Below are positions 49,486-61,219 of a stretch of DNA of 64,000 nucleotides, one piece after another. The notes under the pieces were generated by a model. It did no database searches. It saw nothing but the letters and a program-made list of their open reading frames with translations, and had not been told where the DNA came from. This DNA comes from Torpedo marmorata. Taxonomy: Eukaryota. Where the stretch lies: positions 8,742,001 through 8,806,000 of the forward strand of contig OZ360237.1 of NCBI GenBank assembly GCA_977017645.1, written 5' to 3'. Position 1 is the stretch's first letter; each line of letters begins with the position of its first letter. A program made the translations under genes and the position numbers.

Positions 49486-51989
49486 TTTAGATGGTATAAT
49501 CTAAGTTGTTCTAATATACAGTATAACTTGTCAAGATCTAGCAGCCTTCTGCCCTGGCTCATGCACCTTAAAATGGCAACTGACCAGCAGAGCAACAGAA
49601 CCAGTTTTCACATGAGAAGAATTACTGTAACTCTGTAACTGAGCAATCCATTTGGTGTAGTATAATGTTTTAAATCCTAAATCACATCAAACTTTTGTCA
49701 ATTTGAAAATTAGATTGCCTCAAGGATAAGCAATAGTTTCCCATTAACTTTAATCCTAATATGAATTGCTAAAAGCTGCAGTTGCCTTTTCCACTTTCAT
49801 TAAACAGTACTTTCCTATTTCTATCTCAGCATTGAAAGAAAATAACTCACATGCACATATCAAAACAATCCACATTTCCCAAGTTCATATAAGCCAGTAT
49901 TTGTGTTCTTATCCATGTCTTTACTTATCCTGTCCTAATGTTGACATCTTAAGCTGTTCCTGAAAGATCACATCATTATTGCACTCAAAAATGCAGGCAC
50001 CCTTGTGGAAATGATTTATGATAAATAGTTCTTGTTATCATTGACGATGAAATATATTGTGTAAAGTTATATGGCAGCCTTTATAAAAACCATCTGGTGA
50101 AAGTATGGAGCAGGCAATATTGGAGCTCCAGGCAACTTCACTTCAATGCATACCTGATCAATAAATACCACTCCAAAGCCAATAGAAATTGGAACACACA
50201 AACCATTTCTGTCAATATCCATGATTCCATTGTTAATTTTTACTGGGAGGTTTACTTGGATTAATATTAATGTACCGTTTTTGTTATTTTCTGCCATTTA
50301 GCAGCTTGCATTCTGCAAAATGTAGAAAATTATAAAATAGAATGTTTTTTGCACAGATTTTTTATTGACCCTTGAAAGAGATTCTAGAATAGAGCAGTTT
50401 CTGAGGTGCAGTGTTTGAATCTAAAACATTGTGTAGCTCTAATTTTGACTTGTATCGCACTGTAAACGAACTACCATTACATATAATAGGTTTAGTATGT
50501 AAGCATTATCTATTTATAGAAAATCTGCACAGTTGCTATTGGTGATCTGGGCACCACCTAAATGAAAACCTACAGGTGACTATTAGTTGTATTCATTAAG
50601 TGGAATAATGACGGATATTTGGCAGCATTGAAATCAGAATTCCCTGAGGTGCAGGTGCTCCACAAAGTACTGACACATGTCAAATAGTGCAGGCACTTCA
50701 CCCATGCATATGAACTGCATTTGCATATTAAAGAGGCCTGAAATTATTTAACTGAACTAAAATCTTTTCAGAGATGATGGAGGTTATTAAAACTGTTGAC
50801 AAGAAAAGGGTAATTGCCTGAAAATGAGAGATCAGATTCTGTTGTACAGAGAGAATTTTGTTCTCCTTGCATTGTGCTAAACTGGCTGAGTCTAGCCTAT
50901 TGCATTCAGATTGCTCCCTTGCAATTAGACCTTTTTGTCTTGCATTCAATTAGACGATGATTATGAGGGATTTGAAAACACTTGATATATGTTCCATTCT
51001 CTATTGTGATGCAACTTCATCTTCGACGAGCAAATGTTGAATTTTTATCCTTGCTGTTCCTTGGAAGTTTGAGAAGATTATTATTTTGATTACAAACGTT
51101 ACAACCAGTATAGCATAGTTCTATACAAGGCTCTTGCTCTTTACAGAAGTATTTCCAGCTTCCTAGCTAATCATTTGAAATGGACAATGAGATCTTTAAC
51201 AAAATTAAATTGCGTTTGGCTTGAAATCTACCGGTCTTTAGTTTGAGATTTTTAAACATTTTAACAAGTGTCAGTAATTTGGGCAATGGACAAATCTAGC
51301 AGGGAATAAAACAGTCAAGACATTCAGATGGCATTGTAAAGAGCAAAGACAAAACTTGAGTGATTTGTGTAAGTTACCTCAACCAAGAGGATGTGTTATA
51401 GACTTTAACTATAGCAATCTTTGAGTGTTAATTGCAAGCTATATGTCTGAAGAATTTCCATCATTTATATGATAATGGATGACTATTGATGTCTTGAAAG
51501 TTTTTCGATGAAATAATGCATTTTGTATTGTTATTAATAATAATTATTGTTATTAATAATTTTATTCATTTGTTTCTTTTTTCACAAATATGAAATAATA
51601 CAAAAATCATTAGAAATATTTGTGCAACTAAAATTTATTTAGCAGAAATATTCCTCCCCTCCAATTGAGATTCAAGGTTGGATCTAAACTGAAAGGTTGT
51701 GTAGCAATAAGCAGCAACCTAAAATTAAATCTCACAAGCTTTACTGAAGACAATGTAATGCTGGCCCAATGAATACTTAAAGGTACCATTCAAATTTAAT
51801 AATCAAAGCAAATGAAGTATAAATGGAAGTAAGAATGAAATGTAATAAATGTTTACATCAGTGAAGGACAAGCTTCACTGATGTAAACAAGAAGATGCAT
51901 TCCATATAATTTTGTATGATTACTTGATTGAATCGGTAGAAAAACTTGGAGTAATTGAAAAGAAAACAAATTAAAGATGTTTTAAATAA

Positions 51990-52175
51990 AAATAGAAGAT
52001 GCTGGAAATGCTCAGCAGGTTAAGCAGCATCTGTGAAGACAGAAAGCAAAGTTAATGATTCAGGTTGATGAACTTTCATCAGATGAGAGATAATCAAACC
52101 GAAATGTTAACTCACTTCCTTCGCCACAAATGCTGTCGGCCTGTTGAGTTTTTGCACCATCATCTGTTTTTATTA
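51990..52175. mobile_element. Inverted pair of old Penelope-type terminal repeats
   Basis: Minus copy gatgctggaaatgctcagcaggttaagcagcatc...ctttcatcaga (reverse complement begins tctgatgaaag) abuts plus copy ...gaaatgttaactc...tgctgtcggcctgttgagt. Confidence 0.6.
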
Positions 52176-52317
52176 GTAATTTGGAAAAATTACCCCTCCA
52201 CCATCAGAATCCTCAATGACAAACTCAATCAGAGACTCATTTAAAGACTCTTACTTGTGCACTTTATTGATTTTCTTTTTGTTCTCTCTGTATTGCACAG
52301 TTTGTTTACATTCGTTA

Positions 52318-52531
52318 GTAAGTCTGCTGCTGTCCCCTCCCTCCCCTCACCCACCTATCATCTCCTGCCTTTGCCACCCCCCCCTCCCCCCTACCCTTTT
52401 GTTCGGATGCCTGCCGGCATTTTCCCATACCTTGATAAAGGGCTCAGGCCCGAAACGTCGGTTATGTATTTCTACCTTCGCTACATAAAGGACACTGTTT
52501 GACCTGATGAGCTTCTCCAGGATTTTGTGTT
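52318..52531 (+). mobile_element. Penelope-like terminal-repeat insertion with 17-bp TSD
   Basis: tttgtttacattcgtta at 52301-52317 and 52532-52548; insert closely matches 19585-19800. Confidence 0.85.
52426..52466 (+). ncRNA. Putative minimal type I hammerhead ribozyme (U3-A8 core variant)
   Basis: Stem I CAUACC/GGU(U)AUG; core UUGAUAA plus one extra A; stem II GGGC-UCAG-GCCC; GAAA-CG-UC with palindromic ACGU in place of stem III. Predicted cleavage after C52459; activity not shown. Confidence 0.62.
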
Positions 52532-55500
52532 TTTGTTTACATTCGTTATCTGTTTACAGTTCTTTGTTTGTTTACATGTTTTACGCTGTGTACAGTTTAT
52601 TGTTTGCACTACCGCGCCCGCAGGAAAAAGGATTCTCAGGGTTATATGTGATGTCATGTATGTACTCTGACAATAAATCTGAAATCTGAAAAAGCTATAG
52701 CTGATTAAATATTTTTAACAAAACTGCCAAGAATTTATATTAATATTTTACAAACCCATTGCATTGCACATTTTAATGGAAGAATGCAATCAATATTTTA
52801 CCATGATTGGCAAGAATTGAGAGGAGTGTGAGGAGTTTCACTGTTTTTGGTCTTGGAGTTCAGTTGGCTTCAGGACAAGGGGTCTGATTTACATTTACTA
52901 TAAAAGTAGCAACCAAGACCATCTCATTTTTTAATTGATAAATACATTGTCCCATATAGAATTAAGACCATTAGCACCAACAATCCCATATTTAGCGCCC
53001 AGTGTTTTCTAAGAAAATCTTAGCTGGGAAAATAGTATACTTTTCTAATTTTTTTCTCTCAATGCCCTGATGGAAAGGAAATCAACCAGAGATCCTGCTT
53101 CTGATGAGTTGGATGGCAGGAAAGGCCAAGGTTTGCTGATATGCGTTAGGTTCCAGAGGACATTAGCACCAACAAAAGAAAAGAGAACTAATCCCAGGAT
53201 TACTCAGTTTTGTTGCAATACTTCCATACTTTAGTATAGATCAGCAACTTGACATTTGGAATCGGCTCATTTAGAGTCTATTAGACTTACAGTTTCACTA
53301 TAAACTTATTTCAAGCCTCAGTTGTTGCTTGTAAATCTCTCCCTCTTCATTGCAGTCATGCTCTGATGAAATAAAGAAACAAAGAAAAAGAAATGCATAC
53401 AATGATTACACTGTCAGTTTATTGGAAGCTGATTGAAGAAACTGTACTAGTGTTGGTGCGGTATTGCAGCTGAGAACTAAATGTTGCAACATAATGTTTA
53501 TTACAATGAGACAAAGCTAGTCTGAAGGGAATTTGTTTCCCCTAGAAGGACACATGAAATTGCTGTCAAGTTCAGCATCAAAGTGGACTTGGATGCTTTA
53601 TTGCCTATTAAAATTTATGTTCACTGAAAAAATGTTACTTCTAAAATGATTTGACAGAGCTGCATCTGGAAGGTTAAACAAAGCCTTTATATTTTGTTCA
53701 TAAAAATATGATTTTTATTCAGCTGACAGTGCCCATTTAACTGTATTAAATTACAACTTTTGCCAAATTTAAATCATAATTTACACTTTCTTTATTTGAA
53801 CAATAATTATTGTTTTCTTTTTCAAATTATGACAAATTTTCTCCTTCAGTTTTGGATTATTTATCTCTTTCCCAAATACTTTTTGCTTCTTTTAAACATC
53901 CTTTTCATATTATTTTTCTTTTCTCTCTCATTTTCAGTTTCTTCATTCTCTTCTATTTCCCTAAACATTTTTACCTTCTTCATGTTTAAGTGTCTCTTAA
54001 TTATTCGCTCTATCTCACACCCCTTTTTCTCTAATGCTCAGTATTTTATCCTTGTGCTTTCTACCTGTGTTTGTTTTTAATTCAATTCATTTATTTTATT
54101 TTATTTACCTCATTCTCCTCATCTTTCACTAGTTCTTTCACTAAAAGTCTTTTCCTATAACTTTGTCAAATTCTGTCAAATCCTCTTTTTGAGGGTTTCT
54201 CTCAGTTCTCTCAGTTTCAATTGTTCTGTGCATGAAATTCTCATTTCAATTCGTCATTTTTTGTACTCTTCTCCAATTATTTTTACATTTTTCATCTTCT
54301 GTATACTTCCTTTCACCATTATGCCCTTTTCCCCTTGTTTCTTCCTCTGCGGTGTCAAAAAAAGGTCAGTTGCAACCTTTCTAACACAGAATGACCTTTC
54401 TTGAGAAGAATGCAGGAGAGACATTTTTTCATCACAACCTATTTTTAAATGATGATTGTGTGAATTATAAGGAAGAATATTGTTAAATGGAAGCAGAACA
54501 AAAGTTCAGAATTCATTAATCCTGTATAGTATCCTCAGAACGTCATCATCATTTTGGAATGTACAAAATATGTACCACTGTTTAAGGTACCAAATATGTA
54601 TTGCAGCTAGCTTGGTGGTAATGTCTTTCAGCCAGCTGAAATACTGTTTGGAAATATGATCATGAATAATTATACTTGCAAGATTGCTTAATTAACAGTA
54701 TTCTAATAATAAACTGAAGATTGCTGACCTTGTCTCTGGATAGAATGGAAATGCTGCTATATTATCTTACTGACCTATGCAGGTCTTTACTAAGACAGAT
54801 TAAGGAACCTAAAGTCTTCCCTTACTCTCTTGTTTCTCTTAAAAAAGAAACATATCAGTTGTTTGCAGAATATCAAGCAGCTGCCCGACAGTTTTGTATG
54901 TCGCGTGCCTGTAGTTCATAATAATGCATGGGTCTTCAATATAATGCAGAATGTCTCAGTTTATTACATGTTATTATTGAAACCATGTCTTGTGGACAAT
55001 AACAACAGGAACTGTAGGAACTTTTTCAGCAGAATTGAGTGCCCTACTTAGTAAATGAGAAAGGGGGTGAGAAAACATTTTTTCCCTAAACTACAGCTTT
55101 GCATATGTATGTTTGGCATTTTTCCCTTCATTAAATTGAGTTACTGTTTTTAGGAATGCATTATCTCATGTTATGTTTTTTAGGAAAGGTCAAGTCTCAT
55201 TAGTTCCCATTTCAATATAGTTTAATGCAGCAAAATGAGAGTACTTTTCAATTAGGATTTGCTTGCATTCCCTAAAGTGCCTCATCCCTGTTTAGTTTCC
55301 TAAGTGGTCAGTAAGAAAACATAAGGGTTGGCTGAGATGCCATTACTGCTGCAGGATATGTACTCAAGGGCAGATGGTGATTAATGTTTTATGCAACAGC
55401 AATTGGGATGAAATACTAAAAGAATATTTTGTAAATTTAATTAATATGAAAATATATTTGAGGCATATTTACAAGCAGCAAGAACAAAACATTTTATTGG

Positions 55501-57699
55501 TGGAGAAAGGGAAATAGTTGTAAAGCAAAAAAAAAGCTTCGATCTCTGTAATGTTAATGTTTCAGCCCATGTTGTTCAAAAGCAATGTTCTGTTGAAAAT
55601 AAAGACAGATTTATTTGGTTCTCATGATCATAGACTTGATGCTTTTAAATATTAGAAACAGGGGGGCTTATTTGGACATTTTTACTTCAGCCCCTCCTGG
55701 GGTCTTCAGTCTTGTAAGTATTATTGTCTCATAAAATTTCTGATTTGCATGCAAATGATTTTCATTTGTAAACAAAACTCAATTGACTGAATGGTAGCCA
55801 TTCTCACAGATTGAAGCAGTTAGTTAACATCCTTTTATTTACTCTATCTACAGTTACCAGTGTGTTACTTTATGTGCTTGTATCTATTCCCCAGATAAAG
55901 ATTTTTCCAAGGTTTTAACTTCAGAAGTTTCACTCTTTACAATATTTAAGTCAATAAATAGCCTCTGGCCAAGTTATAATAAAATCTTGTTAGTGAGTAA
56001 ATATTGATATTCTTCAGGGATAAAGCCAAATGTTCAGATTCAATATGTAACTTAAAGCAACAAATCTTTTGATCTGGCTCTGTTCATTAACTTTGATTTA
56101 AATAGTCCACTTAATTTGATGAGAATTAAAATGATTTAATTTTATTTTCATATTTTTCTGCTTCCATACATGAAGCTTCAAGAGGATAAACCTGGATCTC
56201 CAAAGTAACTGAAACATATGGGCATCTTTGTAAAAGTAATTGAAACATATAACCCAGAAATGTTAAGAGATTACACAAGAAATCAAAAACACCAACTCGT
56301 GGACAGCCATTTCCAATAAACAGCTTACATTTTCTATGACTGGACATCAGCCATGGTTAAGAATTCACCCAGTTTCCTTTTGACCACCTGTAGTGATTTG
56401 GACTCTCTGCAGGACCTTATAATGTGTTTCCAAAGCTCTGCAAAAATAAAACCTTACTGACATCTAAGCTAGTTCTTTGCTCGTGTAATTATGTTCCCTG
56501 GTTATCCCTATTATCAAATTTAAATAATCTTTCCATGTGCACATGGTTTGGTTCCTTCATTATTTTAAGGACCTCAATGAATGCTCCGTGAAATCTATGC
56601 TACCAGTTGCACAAATATTTGTATCAACTACATGCATAAGTACTTATTCACATTGGTCATTTTCCTCCATCATTAATATATATTGTGAAAGCAATGATAA
56701 CAAGCACAATTCAGATCCCACTAATAAATGGATTCTGTGTAAAATCATCAGTATTTATAACAACCAGCTTTAAGAATGTCTCCAGTTCCATAACTGCTCA
56801 AAATCTGCCCCAGCAATTGATCCTATCATTCAAAGTCTGGCAAAAGCAGCACAATTTTTATATTCAAATTCAAATTTGTATTTTCCACTGGAAGGTAGCA
56901 TCTTAGTGAATCTGAGGTGTGGAGGCTCAACATCCTTTTTCATACTGTGGTGCTCAAACTTACATATTATTTCAACCGTGCTCTTGATTCACCAGAACAC
57001 CCTGCCATTCATATTATATAGTATGACATTTTTTTTGTGTGGGTTAAACTGTTTATAGAACTTTGTGTAAGATTCATTAAGGTAAAAAGATAACACAACC
57101 CATTCCAAATGCATATCTACCACAATTCAGTTAAAATTTATGCTTGTTTACTTTAAAAAAAAAAATGTTTGTGCGCCCATTTGGAATGAAACAATAGAAT
57201 TATCTTGGCCGAAAGAGGGTTTCAGATGCAGTGTTTCCATTTGTTTTCGAAGTATCTCAGTCAGAATGTGTCATGGTTAAGGAGGTAGAGGAGCAGAAAA
57301 GGTTTGTAGTATTCAGATTTTAGTGCACACAGGATAACCATCTGAGCATATTGCAAGTCAGCAAGAGAAAGATTTGCTCTCTGCAGGAAGTTTATATTGA
57401 GCAAATTTGGCATAAAGCACAATCAGACTGCTTAAAATCATTATATTCACCAACTATTATGCAGTGTGGCATTTAAATATCATGTACTGCAACAAGGTGA
57501 AAGGCACATTGGTCAACTGTACTTTCATCTCCTTTCCCAGTGAATGTTCCACAACCCATGACCAAATATATTTAATCAGTGCATTCTCAAAATTCAATAA
57601 TGAAGCCCTTGAAATATTTGGGTGCATCTAGGCTCTCATTTATGCCCCTAATATGTCTTAACATATCAACAAGCATAGTTTTCAGTGAAAGAGATCAAA

Positions 57700-57797
57700 G
57701 CAAAACACAATCTGCTGGAGGAACTCAGCAGTGTCGAGCGGCATCAGTAGGCAATAAAGAATGGTCAATATTTTGGGCCTGGATTCTTCATCAAGGC
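57700..57797 (-). mobile_element. Penelope-like terminal-repeat fragment
   Basis: tgctggaggaactcagcagtgtcgagcggcatc...tttgggcctggattcttcatcaagg. Confidence 0.68.
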
Positions 57798-59329
57798 TCT
57801 CGGGTGTCCCAAAGTGATCAAAGGTTGTGCAAAGATGAGCTTAAATCTAATACATGATAGCGCTGTTTCGTCTTAACTTGTCACCTTTCTTTTTCAGATA
57901 GACACTGTTTATTCAGGCAGCAACAACTTTCCAGATTCAGCATAGTCTTTTCCTTCATGGAAGCTGGCCTCATATTACAAGCAGGGGAAAAACACCTTGC
58001 TGTATTTTTTTACAGCAGAATCTCCATTTTGCCAGCCATTATCTTCTTAGCCACATCTAATCTTCTATGCTCCATTGTTGCATTAGCTAATGTTTTCATC
58101 CAGAGAGACATTTCCGTGTTTATTGCTAATTTTTCCCCAGTGAATTATTAATCTCGGGATACTAATATAAGTCAATGTTAGATTCTACTTTGCAATTTTT
58201 CTTGTCAGGCATTTTATCATCGAACTATAATAAAGTTGTGCACTAATAAACACACACCTAATTCAATGCACGAGGCACGTTGTCCAGTCCCACAGCATAG
58301 AATTTTTGATCCAAATGTAATACTAAATAATTCTCGTATATCCTCCTGCTTTGCAGTTTTAAATGTCAGTCTCTCTAAGTTTAGTTAGCCAGTTGTAAAC
58401 TTCATCAGAAGCCCTAAACACAGTTTACAAGTCTGATTATTTTTCCATTTTGTGGATCAAAACTACTTTTGTGTTTTTCCCAAATTGATTGTTTTGGGAT
58501 TTGGTTGAAAGATATACAAACTGAACACACAATTCAGAATCCAGCAAAATCATATAATTTCTTAAGCATTTCCATGAGGTACTCATAAAAATCTAACTGT
58601 CTTCAGATGACAATATCAGTTTTTGACCCATGGGCACTGGGCCTGCATAGTGGAACTTCTTGTGTAAGGATTCACTTTAGTATAATATTAGGATGTGGTC
58701 AGTCTAAGAACAGGATTTATTTAGACTGCAATTTGCCTGAATAAAGCGGTTAAATTGACTGTACATTTATTCATATCGGAAGTATCTAACGCTATGGAAA
58801 ATAAAAGGTCCCATATTTATTTCTCGTCTGCTGCTTGAATAAGCCATTGTTTCATGTTGGAAAATTTCAACATTAGCTTGTTCCTGTTGCATGGGAATAC
58901 AATAATACATGGAATCTTATGACTCTGAAGGTTGGGTTGGCAGCTTGCCATGTTCTGATGGGTGAGGCTTTTGAATGGCACATTATGGTTAACAGCCACA
59001 TGATAATATTTTTTTAAAATTTCCAAATAAAACCCAATTCCTTTCCATATTTCTGTACCTCTAAAAGCAAAAGTTATTCATCAGGTTAGTGAGAAAGACA
59101 TAACCATGGAAGAAACGGATCATCTAGCTCTGTCTGACTGCCGGGAGGCTTTTTCACTTCCTGTGATTTACTTTTTATTTTTGTTTTCTGCTCATTTCTC
59201 CCTTCTTTCCTGAAGGCAATGACTCATGTTGAGGTACATTTCCAAAGGGGCTGGAAAATTTTGAGTGTCTCAGTCAAGTGGCTATTCTTCATGTATCATC
59301 CTAGATATCAAGCACTGACAGGAGTTAAA

Positions 59330-59605
59330 CAAGAAAGTCTGTAGATGCTGTGATTGTAGTTTAATACACAAAAGTGCTAGAGAAACTCAGCAGGTCACGC
59401 AGTGTTCTTTAGGGCAAAGATGCATAACCAACCCATATCCACGTATGACCTCTTGCCTGTGGGCCTGTGATTCTCCACCCTCCACCCTTTCCTTCTCTTT
59501 TGCTCATACCTTGACGAATGGTTCAGGCCCAAAACATTGGTTCTGTTTCTTTGCCATAAAAAATGCTGCATGACCTGCTGAGTTTCTCCAGTGCTTTGGT
59601 GTATA
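59330..59605. mobile_element. Inverted pair of Penelope-like terminal repeats
   Basis: Minus arm atacacaaaagtgctagagaaactcagcaggtcacgcag (about 59364-59402) and plus arm ctgcatgacctgctgagtttctccagtgctttggtgtat (about 59566-59604); decayed motif catacc-ttgacga-atggttcaggcccaaaacatt. Confidence 0.8.
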
Positions 59606-60045
59606 TAAAAATAATCAAGCTCTGACAGACAATTTAGTTTCAAGGGGCAAGGCAGTGGTGTTTGTCCACATTTGGTCACTAATCACGAGCAATTTGTGGC
59701 AGAAATTACTCCACATAGATCGTCCGGTCAGAATTTGAGGACAAAATGCTTGCTGTATCCCAATCAACAGTCTTGCAGGATCTTGTAGATCTCAAGGGCT
59801 GACTGATTACCACTTCGACACCACCACCCATTGGTGGAGTGGTTCTCCTTTAGGGATCGTGAATGAGTTACAATCCTAGCTGTGATTAATGGCACCATCC
59901 CAGCTCATGACAGACTTGGAAATTACCTAAACTGTCTGAGGTTGAAAGTGTCTGCATGGGATACCTAAATAAATTGATGAAGACATTGATAAAATTCATC
60001 TGTTTGCTTGTTAGCAAAAGTATGCAAGCTAAAATGTTTAATAGA

Positions 60046-61080
60046 CAAAGTGGTGCATCGTGTTCACATGTCCAAAGATAAATTGGCTAGTATTTTTTCT
60101 AATATTAACCCTATTTGTGACAGATGCAAATCTGAAATTGCTACATTGACACATATGTTTTGGTCTTGTTCATCGTTAGAAAACTATTGGAAAGAAATTT
60201 TTAATATCTTTCCAACTATACTCCAGGTGGAGCTACGACCCAATCCAATAACTGCTCTTTTTTGGGTTATTGATCCAGACATAGGGAGATTTTCTGTACC
60301 TGTTCAACGGGTTGTGGCCTTCTCTACATTGTTGGCTAGAAGAGCCATCCTATTCAAATGGAAAGACTCTAGACCTCCAACAGTGTTTCAATGGTTTTCT
60401 CATATTATGTCTTGTTTAAGCTTAGAAAAAATTAGATATCATGTATTTGATTCATCGGTGAAATTTGAAGATACATGGCGACCTTTTATGTCTTATTTTC
60501 ATTTCATATTTCATAAATTTTTCTTTTTTTAAAATATTTTATTTTAAATTTTGAATTTTCTCACAGTAGTACAACATACGTAATATACATTATTAATTCC
60601 AGTAAATAAAAACATAATTTGTATTACAGTGTATCTAACCCATTCCTTAACCCACCCTCTATAATGTTGCTACCCCACCCTCCACCCTTCCCCTCCCTGT
60701 AAATGTAAATTTTTCTAATGTGATTAGATGTATTTACTCTTCCAGATGAGATATAGTCTTACCTTTGTTTTTTTTATTTACGGTAGGAACCAAAAACTAC
60801 AAAATATATTTAACCCTCAGGATAAGCTGCTCAGCTGGTTTTTTTTTATAGTTGTTTCTTTTTTTTATTAGAGTAGGTTAGGTGGGGTGTTTTTTTTAAT
60901 ATAATACTTTTGATGTTTTTTTTTCATTTTCACCCATTGCAATGGAGGGGGGACCGAGTTTATACTGTTTGAAGTTTTATCTTAATATATATACATATGT
61001 GATATTGTATTTTCAGTTTCGTTCCCTTTTCTTCATTGTATTGTATTTCTTATAAAAACCAATAAAAAAGATTGAAAAAG
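60046..61080 (+). mobile_element. L1-clade LINE 3' end (Cys-rich C-terminal domain + 3' UTR) with probable 16-bp TSD
   Basis: KVVHRVHMSKDKL...CDRC...TLTHMFWSC...LARRAILFKWK...LEKIRY; AATAAA with A-rich end; taaaatgtttaataga (60030-60045) / taaaatgtttattaga (61081-61096). Confidence 0.9.
60525..60705 (-). mobile_element. Short L1-type 3' end inserted in the opposite orientation into the preceding L1
   Basis: T-run followed by aaaatattttattttaaa, as at 15650 and 37900; 11-bp TSD taaatttttct at 60514-60524 and 60706-60716. Confidence 0.8.
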
Positions 61081-61219
61081 TAAAATGTTTATTAGAATAG
61101 CAAACAGAGGCACTTCGCACAAATATATGAGTGAAAGATTTGTTTCTGTTCCCAGGGCTATATAGTTCAATACCATGCTGTAAGTATTTTTAAATTCATT
61201 GTATGTAGGTGTTTCGGGA

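Larger units (their letters stand above)
52190..52690 (+). mobile_element. Rex1/Babar 3' end (YPSTIRILND + 3' UTR, (AAATCTG)n tail) interrupted by a Penelope repeat
   Basis: Matches the reverse complement of 19841-19885; ends tgacaataaatctgaaatctgaaa. Confidence 0.75.

Noticed and set aside
51850-51889. miR-30-like hairpin (TGTAAACA)
   Set aside because: The octamer is at the 3' end of the right arm, the rest does not match miR-30, and the 40-nt hairpin is too short.
52504-52521. Second hammerhead core CTGATGAG
   Set aside because: Single substitution of the family's ctgctgag; no downstream stem II-GAAA.
53760-54320. Phe/Leu-rich ORFs resembling membrane proteins
   Set aside because: Translation of a T/C-rich low-complexity tract.
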